Of a DNA stretch of 44,872 bases, positions 37,712 through 44,872 are shown in pieces. The DNA is taken from assembly GCA_048939015.1 (NCBI GenBank), contig JBHLPW010000043.1, positions 1,799 through 46,670 of the forward strand, given 5' to 3'. A program made the position numbers and the translations under genes. The notes under the pieces were generated by a model that had not been told where the DNA came from, ran no database searches, and worked only from the letters and a program-made list of their open reading frames with translations. This DNA is from Promethearchaeota archaeon (GTDB taxonomy: Archaea; Asgardarchaeota; Lokiarchaeia; Sigyniarchaeales; SOKP01). Each line of letters starts with the position of its first letter. Within the stretch, counting starts at the first letter, position 1.

Positions 37712-38532
37712 ATGTCCGATCTTTTCTCCACTCATAATTCTAATTCAGAATCATTTTATCATAAAGCAATCAAAAGACTTTTGTATAAATCTATCTCAGA
37801 AAATAGTAAAAATGTAAAAGAAAAATCACTTGAAAAGTATATCAATAATAGAAGAGCAGATGTATACTTTAGATTAAACTCTGGTAAACAAATAGTAATA
37901 GAGGTTCAAAATTCAAAAATTTCAGTGAAAGAATTAATCCAACGTACTGAACATTATAATGAAAGTGGGATTTATGTTTTGTGGATTCTTTATGGAAATG
38001 GAGCTTGTACTGCTTCACCGAAATTTCCTCAAGATAAGAAGAATATTAAGATAAGTCAACTCGAAAATTTTTTACATTGGATGTATAGTGGAAGGGTTTA
38101 CTATGTTAATTTCAACTTTTATGAAAATAAAACTACAATTTCGATTCCCTTTGCATTACATTTCTCGCTCTCTTCAAAAAAGAAAAAACAAAAGCTTTTC
38201 CGGACAAAATTTGAGAGTTATTATATCAAAAATGTTAATTTTGCCTGTATACCGAGTTGGAACTTAGTAGTGTAAATTATAATGGATATAAGTTAGCTAG
38301 ATTCTATGATAAAAGTATCAAACGTATACTAAAGAATAAAATAGTCAGATTTTATAAAGAAAACTTCAAAAACAGTAAAAATCAAAAAAAATTCATTAAT
38401 TTAATCATAAATCATTTTAAACAAAAATATGGATTATTCTTGATATTGCAAGTTCTTTTAGAATTAATCAATAAAAAAAAAATTGATCTAAACCATAAAT
38501 ATATTGTTAAATTTCAGAAAAAAATACATTAG
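37712..38532 (+). pseudogene. CoiA-like PD-(D/E)xK nuclease split by a -1 frameshift near 38265-38275
   Basis: H..IK, EK.I..RRADV, IEVQNS.IS..E...RT..Y...GIYVLWI; ORF1 stops at 38275 and an overlapping -1 frame continues SVNYNGYKLARFYD to 38532. Confidence 0.7.
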
Positions 38533-39064
38533 AAATAAATACATTTGCAAAAATCGTAAATTTCAAATTAATTTTTAATAAAATTTCCTTTACGCTAATC
38601 AATTCAGAAAAATACTTATAATTTTTAACAATTCACTAAAGTTGAGACTTTACAGCAAAGTCGATTTTGTCATGTGAAAAAAGGAAATTTTTAAATATAA
38701 GTTTTTGATGAACATTAAGTGTATAAAACAAAAAAAGATCGGATAATCATGATACTAAAATATATTCTTATACCTAATGCCGTTGAATCGGCTAAATACC
38801 TCAACCCTTAACCCTGTTATTAGATAAATACGTCTCCTCTTTTTGCAATTTTGAATATCATGGCTTCCGATTTTTTCTCTTTTTTCTTTTAATCTTCCCA
38901 GAGAGAGATCTGAAAAATTTTATATAGAAACACTTTTGAATTTATACTCCTGTTAATATTCCACTTCCTTTACTGATTCATTCATAAAATAATGACATAT
39001 TTTTAAATTATTGAATCATCTATAATCCTTTATAAATCTCTAATTAAAAAATTGTGAAAGTCTA

Positions 39065-39649
39065 ATGTCAGGTAAATCAGTTTTTGGAAGTATTTTAGTG
39101 AGTATTTTAGGTTCTGTTATTGTTGTCGGATTATTAGGATATTTTTTACTTCCTACCATTTATCCCCCAATAGTTAATAATATTGAAGATCCAACAATAT
39201 TACAAAGAAAATACCAAGAATGGGATACTGAAGCATATATTTGGGATAATGATGTTACAGATTATTTGAAAATGAATGATACCGAAATGGATATTACTAT
39301 AGCTCAAGATTCTAAAATTTCAATGACACTATTTGCAAATGCTCTTATGAGTCTTCAACCTACTTTCAATGTGAAAAATTCATATAAAATATCTCTTGTA
39401 ATTGAAGGTGTAAGTAATCGTACATTTATGGTTGGTTATTATGATGATAGTGGAGCAACAGGTGCATTCCGGCAATTAACTTTTAATATATATAGTTATC
39501 ATGTATCCGAACCCTTACCTGCTGGCACTTATACTTGCGCAGTGTATTGGAAATCTGATTTTGATGCTGCTGGTTCAAACTCTCTTAGTGTAGCTCATAC
39601 TCCTACATGGAATTATACTCGCTCATTGTTAGTCCAGGAAATCATATAA
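39065..39649 (+). CDS. Hypothetical membrane-anchored beta-rich protein
   Basis: N-terminal TM helix followed by a beta-strand-rich domain ('PLPAGTYTCAVYWKS'). Confidence 0.75.
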   Translation: MSGKSVFGSILVSILGSVIVVGLLGYFLLPTIYPPIVNNIEDPTILQRKYQEWDTEAYIWDNDVTDYLKMNDTEMDITIAQDSKISMTLFANALMSLQPTFNVKNSYKISLVIEGVSNRTFMVGYYDDSGATGAFRQLTFNIYSYHVSEPLPAGTYTCAVYWKSDFDAAGSNSLSVAHTPTWNYTRSLLVQEII

Positions 39650-39670
39650 ATTTAAAAATGAATTTTTTTT

Positions 39671-41086
39671 TTATTTTTTCTTCTTTACGTTCTTCAGAAG
39701 GACCAGCTTTTTTTTGATCAGAAATATTGATACTGTAAATGCAATACCAATAAGAATAGTTGTTTGATATCCATGTATCAATGGAGGAGTTCCGTCGACT
39801 GGTAGCGTAATAGGGCATTGTCCGATTTTAAATTCCACCATACATAGATCAGCACTACCTGCACCATAACTCATTGTATGTCCTACAACAAGAACAGTTC
39901 CGTTTGGACCCAAAACTAATCCTTGAGAAAGTTCTGATTCACTTCCACCCCAATTGCACGACCAATCAGCAACGCCACTTGAGTTAAACCTAACTAAGCA
40001 CATATCATAATCATCAAAATTAACAGGAGGAGTGTAACCTGCTAAATATGCATTTCCAAATGAATCCATTACCATACCAAATGTCCATCCAAAATTAAAA
40101 GCATCCCAAGTATTGTTCCATAGATAAGTTCCATTAGAGTTAAATTTAATTAGAGTAATATACTGAGGGACGGGACCAAGCTCAGCTTTTTTAGAACAGT
40201 TTGAACTTTTTTCATAAATTCCTGCGACATAGAGATCACCTGAAGGAGAACATATTATTTCTGTCCCTTCATCATCATCAGCACATCCCCATGTATAGTT
40301 CCATATTAAACCACTAGAATTGAATTTTACTAAGTAAAGATCTTTTTTTTCTAAGCCAAAGCTTTTAGTATTTCCTACTACATAGGCATTTCCTTGTGGA
40401 TCTAAGGTTATACCGTAAGCTGCTTCGTTATCAGCACCTCCACAAGTGTAATTCCATACTACTCCACTTGAATTGAACTTTACTAAGCACATGTCAAAGC
40501 CACCTGCGCCAAAACTTTTTGTGCGTCCAGCTACATACGCGTTATTCTGTGAATCAAGAGTAATACTCCATCCATATTCATCTTCTTTTCCTCCCCATGT
40601 GTAATTCCATTCCACACCTCCAGTTGAATTAATTTTCAAAACCAGGATATCAGAACCACCTTCACCAAATGGTGTATTTGAAGTGTGTCCAGTGATGTAT
40701 AAATAATCTAAAGAATCTATTGCAATACTGGTTCCCCATTCTCTATCTATTCCACCATATGTTTGGTTCCATTCTAATCCTCCAGATGAATTAAACTTTA
40801 ATAAGCATATATCTGAGACTCCTGCGCCAAAACTAGTAGTATATCCAACAATATAGGTATTGTTTGACGAATCTCTGGCAATATCATAGGCGGATTCAGC
40901 ACCACTTCCTCCCCACGTATAATATGGAAGATCAGTATAAGCCACAGCATTTTGAAGCTTATTAGATTTTTCGTTGACACTCATATTGAACTCCACATAT
41001 AATGCAGGGTCTATAATAAAAAGCAAGCAAATCCAACCAAGTATAACAAGTCTGAATAATATTTTTCTAAATTCCATTTTTCCCAC
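39671..41086 (-). CDS. Secreted beta-propeller (SBBP-repeat) protein with Loki-CTERM-like anchor
   Basis: About 7 repeats 'W..TWGG...E....I..DS..N.YV.G.T.SFGAG..D..L.KFNSSG'; C-terminal IHGY + TM + poly-Lys. Confidence 0.88.
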   Translation of the reverse strand: MGKMEFRKILFRLVILGWICLLFIIDPALYVEFNMSVNEKSNKLQNAVAYTDLPYYTWGGSGAESAYDIARDSSNNTYIVGYTTSFGAGVSDICLLKFNSSGGLEWNQTYGGIDREWGTSIAIDSLDYLYITGHTSNTPFGEGGSDILVLKINSTGGVEWNYTWGGKEDEYGWSITLDSQNNAYVAGRTKSFGAGGFDMCLVKFNSSGVVWNYTCGGADNEAAYGITLDPQGNAYVVGNTKSFGLEKKDLYLVKFNSSGLIWNYTWGCADDDEGTEIICSPSGDLYVAGIYEKSSNCSKKAELGPVPQYITLIKFNSNGTYLWNNTWDAFNFGWTFGMVMDSFGNAYLAGYTPPVNFDDYDMCLVRFNSSGVADWSCNWGGSESELSQGLVLGPNGTVLVVGHTMSYGAGSADLCMVEFKIGQCPITLPVDGTPPLIHGYQTTILIGIAFTVSIFLIKKKLVLLKNVKKKK

Positions 41087-41134
41087 TTTTCTAATCTGAA
41101 CTGTATAATTGTAAATCTATCAACAGATTCGCTG

Positions 41135-41198
41135 AAATAGTGAACCACTTTTCACTATTTTTACATATTCCATAACAAATTGAATATATAAAGCTTTT
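41135..41198 (-). promoter_or_regulatory. BRE/TATA plus a perfect 10-bp inverted repeat near the predicted start site of the SBBP gene
   Basis: Minus-strand AAAAGC-TTTATATA (TATA 41192-41185); AAATAGTGAA-ccactt-TTCACTATTT at 41135-41160. Confidence 0.55.
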
Positions 41199-41335
41199 GT
41201 TTGAAAAAATTATTTAGAAGACTTTTTATGGTTATTTATGTACTCATTTAGTCATCTTTAAATTTACATAAATGATAAATACAAAACTATAATTTTTTAC
41301 TTAATCCAATTTTATTACATCTCTGTAAGTGATAA

Positions 41336-43180
41336 ATGGTGAAATCTAAAAATAAAATAGAAATAGTCTTAATTTTATTTGGAATGATTTTAGTAGTCTC
41401 AAATATTCGATTTTTTGATGATTCAAATGAATGGAATAATCATACTAAAGTAAACACTTTTTTCGAACGAAATAGCCTAAAGAACGCTGGTTTTTGGAAT
41501 AACCTTTCCTTTATATATATTGATGATAATTGGTCTGCTGTTGCTAGCTATGATTGGTGTACGGGTGATGGATCTTTCGCTAACCCATATGTATTAGAGA
41601 ATATAACCATTGATGCGAGTAGTTCTCCGACAGGAAGTGGGATTTACATAAATAATTCCAAGAATGATTATTTTATCATCAGAAATTGTACAATTTACAA
41701 CGCCATTGGAACATACAGCTCTGGAATTAAATTAGAAAATACATGCAATGGAATATTAGTAGGTAATAACTGTTCAAATAATGAATATGGTATAATAATG
41801 CTCAATTCGTGTGAAAATAACTCCATTTCAGAAAATATTTGCAACGAGAATTTCCCTGGAATATATATATGGAAAAATTGCAATAATAATACTATTCAAG
41901 GAAATACATGTAATTTTGATAGTTTGGGTATAGTAATAACTGAAGATTGTAATAATAACAGTATTAGAAGGAATATTATCAAAGACACAGTTGGTAATGG
42001 AATTAGTATTCGTTATGGATCTAATGAGAATGTAATCTCAGATAATATAATTTCGAATGAATTGACTACAGATATGAGACGAGGTATATATATTGAATAT
42101 AATTGCTGTAATAATGAAATTTTTAAGAATGTGGTGAATAATGTTCAGTACCACGGGATACTTATAAGTATTTTATGTCATAATAATTCAATTTTCGAAA
42201 ATTCTGTTCAAAATAGTGGACAAATAGGAATATACGTAGATGCGGTATGCGAGAATAATAATGTGACAGATAATTATACTTATTTTAATGGGTTATATCA
42301 GATATCTACAGAAACTTTCGCTGATAACAATATAATAAAAAGAAACATAATGGTAAGTGAGGACTATAATTATATTGGAGATTTTGGCGCAAATAACGAT
42401 GTGGAGGAGAATTATCAATTACCAACAATTCCTTCAATTTGCATTGATGTGATCGGACAGTTTTCTTTGACAAATGGATTAATAGTAACACTAAATATCT
42501 CAAGCGGCTTGGGATTGGATCCTTGGGTACAATCCATTGAGATGTGGTGGGATGGAGTCTTGGTTCCTTCAGATAACATTACTGAAATTGAACCGGCTTT
42601 ATATAATATATCCCTAGCTCCAAAACTTAATGATCTAGATGTAGATCTTTTCTTACTAAATATGACAGTTATATCGGCAAACCATTTAGAAAAGTATTTC
42701 GAAACTTTCCTAGTAATAAAACATTATGAGATAACCGAGATGCATGATGCAATATTAGTCGAGATTGTCAATAGTTTTTACTCACTTGAGTATTTCAATA
42801 TAACATTTTCAGTTTTAAATGAAGCTACGCTCCCAATTAGTATCACCTCTCTTCAAATCTGGTGGGATGGAACAAATGTTTCAAGCGATATTCAGAATAT
42901 AGGAAGTGGATTATATCTAATATCTCTAGAGTCAATAATAATCGACCTTGATGAGGATCCAATACATCTTAATATAACAATTTCTGCAGATGGTTATGCT
43001 ACTAAATATTTTGAAACTTATATTGCTGTGGATCCTGATACTGTTAGTTCTAAGGGATATTATCCACGAGTCACTCCAATAGAAGTAATTCTTTTAATTC
43101 TATTATTAATCATAGGTATTCCTGGTGTTGTATTGGGATTACTAATAGTTCTTCTCAAGAAGAGAAGAACTACTAATTAA
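41336..43180 (+). CDS. Cell-surface right-handed parallel beta-helix (NosD-like) protein with two tandem C-terminal domains and TM anchor
   Basis: GDGSFANPYVLENITID, repeated 'GI.I...C.NN.I..N' coils, two ~105-aa WWDG repeats, C-terminal TM + KKRR. Confidence 0.88.
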   Translation: MVKSKNKIEIVLILFGMILVVSNIRFFDDSNEWNNHTKVNTFFERNSLKNAGFWNNLSFIYIDDNWSAVASYDWCTGDGSFANPYVLENITIDASSSPTGSGIYINNSKNDYFIIRNCTIYNAIGTYSSGIKLENTCNGILVGNNCSNNEYGIIMLNSCENNSISENICNENFPGIYIWKNCNNNTIQGNTCNFDSLGIVITEDCNNNSIRRNIIKDTVGNGISIRYGSNENVISDNIISNELTTDMRRGIYIEYNCCNNEIFKNVVNNVQYHGILISILCHNNSIFENSVQNSGQIGIYVDAVCENNNVTDNYTYFNGLYQISTETFADNNIIKRNIMVSEDYNYIGDFGANNDVEENYQLPTIPSICIDVIGQFSLTNGLIVTLNISSGLGLDPWVQSIEMWWDGVLVPSDNITEIEPALYNISLAPKLNDLDVDLFLLNMTVISANHLEKYFETFLVIKHYEITEMHDAILVEIVNSFYSLEYFNITFSVLNEATLPISITSLQIWWDGTNVSSDIQNIGSGLYLISLESIIIDLDEDPIHLNITISADGYATKYFETYIAVDPDTVSSKGYYPRVTPIEVILLILLLIIGIPGVVLGLLIVLLKKRRTTN

Positions 43181-43298
43181 TTCTCCTTTTTTTTTAAAAT
43201 TTAAATATAGAATTTTTAGTTAGGGCGTTTTCAATACTTCTCCTAGTCTTAAAATCTAATAATATAAGAGAAATATTAGAAAAATTAGAAAATAAAAA

Positions 43299-44438
43299 TT
43301 AGATTAGAATAGGATCTTTAGGATTCGAAGTGACTTGTTCACATTTGTCTTTACCAACAATGACATCATCTTCTAATCTGATACCCCATTTACCAATCCA
43401 ATACAGCCCAGGTTCATTTGTATATACCATATTCTCCTTAAGTGGCGTATTTCCTGGAGCTTTCCAACTTACTCGAGGTCCAACATCATGAGCTTCGAAA
43501 CCTAATGCGTGACCTAATCCATGAAAAAATAGGTTTTCATGATCAAATCCTAATTCTGCTAAAGATTCACGACATTTTAAAGCAGGGACACGACTTAACG
43601 TACCATCGATATAATAATTATTAGCAACCTCTTTAGATTGGTATAATGCAGTATAAGCCTCCATAAATTCTTCTGAAGGATTTCCTTCTACCCAATAAGT
43701 CCAAGTAATATCGGAACACATATCATCAATTTGGAGTCCTGTATCAATTAAGAGAGGGCCAGGTTTTACTTTTTCATTAGATGTATTATGATGAGGGTCT
43801 GCAGAATGTTTGCCAGTGCCGACAATTGCCGGAAAAGCGGGTTTACCTACTTTAGCATATTCATATTCCAATTTAGCCATAATCTCTCGTTCCGTTATAC
43901 CTTTTTTTGCGAATTCTGGAACTGTTTCTAGGATTTCCATAGTAGTTTTACACACATTTCTTAAATCTTTTAATTCTTCTGTTGATTTAATACTTCGAAG
44001 TGCATATATAATAGGTGCTGCTGAGACAAATTCAGTATCTAATGCTATTTTTTTTAAAGCTAGATGAGTACCAACTGGTAGATAATCTGCAAATGAAGTC
44101 GAAGTATCTTCAAATATATTCTCTCCAATGTCCAGAGCTATTATAGGTTTATTAGTTAATAATTTTAAATTATCTACAAATTCCTTTACAGTATTAAAGG
44201 GAATGACTTCTGCGTCTACTCCTTTATTTTTTAGAGAATGTTTAACCATATTTGCTTCCATTACCACAGGGAGAACTTTATGCTTCCCATCAGCGGCAAT
44301 AAAAATAGCATGAAGAGCATGAGAGCCAACTCCTAATAAATATCGAGAATGAATATCATTATCTTCATTACAGACTATTAACCACCCATCTGCATTAATT
44401 TCTTGGAGGATTTGTTGAGCTTTTTCAAATTTATTCAT
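43299..44438 (-). CDS. M24 Xaa-Pro aminopeptidase/dipeptidase
   Basis: ADPHH, LIDTG, SDITWT, HGLGHALGFEAHD, TNEPGLY, GIRLEDD. Confidence 0.93.
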   Translation of the reverse strand: MNKFEKAQQILQEINADGWLIVCNEDNDIHSRYLLGVGSHALHAIFIAADGKHKVLPVVMEANMVKHSLKNKGVDAEVIPFNTVKEFVDNLKLLTNKPIIALDIGENIFEDTSTSFADYLPVGTHLALKKIALDTEFVSAAPIIYALRSIKSTEELKDLRNVCKTTMEILETVPEFAKKGITEREIMAKLEYEYAKVGKPAFPAIVGTGKHSADPHHNTSNEKVKPGPLLIDTGLQIDDMCSDITWTYWVEGNPSEEFMEAYTALYQSKEVANNYYIDGTLSRVPALKCRESLAELGFDHENLFFHGLGHALGFEAHDVGPRVSWKAPGNTPLKENMVYTNEPGLYWIGKWGIRLEDDVIVGKDKCEQVTSNPKDPILI

Positions 44439-44673
44439 ATTTCAAATCATTAAATGATTTTTAATTAATTTTATGATATTTCACTATCTTTGATAAGAAT
44501 GTTAAGAAAAACCAGATATGTGGAATTATTCAAAAAAATAAAGTTAGAGACCATTAAAGCACAATAACGAGATTTTTTATTCATTTTATTTATTAAGAAT
44601 AAAAATATTTATTATTGCTAAGTCCATTAATTAATAAGGATTAACAAAATTATTCATTAAGTGGAGAATTAAT

Positions 44674-44872
44674 ATGTCAGAAATTAAAAAGATCCAATTA
44701 AGAACTGGTGCAGAAGTAGATTTTGATAAGAAAGCACCAACTACTCTTTATGAGCTAATTATTAGTGAAATATTGATTCCAAAATATAAAGAAAATGCTG
44801 ATTGGAATTTAAGTTTGAATATAAATATTGAAGAAATGAACCGACTTATCAAAGAGTACGATTTAAACCCGA
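44674..44872 (+). CDS. Hypothetical protein, N-terminal part (runs off the window)
   Basis: GGAG upstream, ATG 44674, frame open to the end: MSEIKKIQLRTGAEVDFDKKAPTTLYELIISEILIPKYKENADWNLSL... Confidence 0.65.
   Translation, partial: MSEIKKIQLRTGAEVDFDKKAPTTLYELIISEILIPKYKENADWNLSLNINIEEMNRLIKEYDLNP

Noticed and set aside
38533-39064. 530-nt intergenic region with small hairpins (GACTTT/AAAGTC, GCCG/CGGC) and a short minus-strand open frame
   Set aside because: No recognisable RNA family, good start or repeat structure; it could be a decayed gene or ncRNA, but I cannot support either.

Overview
AT-rich archaeal DNA, most likely an Asgard archaeon (Lokiarchaeia/Promethearchaeota-like). This is inferred from Loki-CTERM-like sorting tails, roadblock/longin/small GTPase genes, ubiquitin E1 and E2 enzymes and a C1:G72 intron-containing tRNA-Tyr. 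Left to right: the end of a surface-glycan cluster (Wzx flippase, GT4, WecB, two NDP-sugar epimerases, a large GT-C-like membrane protein); an ApbE/UPF0280 protein; a roadblock plus longin-Arf-like GTPase pair, whose GTPase appears to need a non-canonical ATT/ATC start; solo tnpB #1; MFS, PHP, aspartate kinase, a Rab-like GTPase and a RACo-type corrinoid activator; solo tnpB #2; a 2122-aa protein of 18 MIT/TPR-like helical modules joined by E/K/R/Q-rich helices, with an exact 463-aa four-unit super-repeat, directly followed by a UBA3-like E1; an accessory islet (two paralogous methyltransferases, HAD, AbrB regulator, interrupted isochorismatase); an E2 with a Cdc34/UBE2G-length loop insertion; a tRNA-Tyr(GTA) with two introns; then M1 peptidase, PDCD5-like protein, HDAC, a frameshifted CoiA-like nuclease, surface proteins and an M24 peptidase. 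The best candidates for an undescribed system are the giant repeat scaffold + E1 (+ E2) locus and the roadblock/longin-GTPase module. All calls come from motifs read by eye; no database searches or structure predictions were run.
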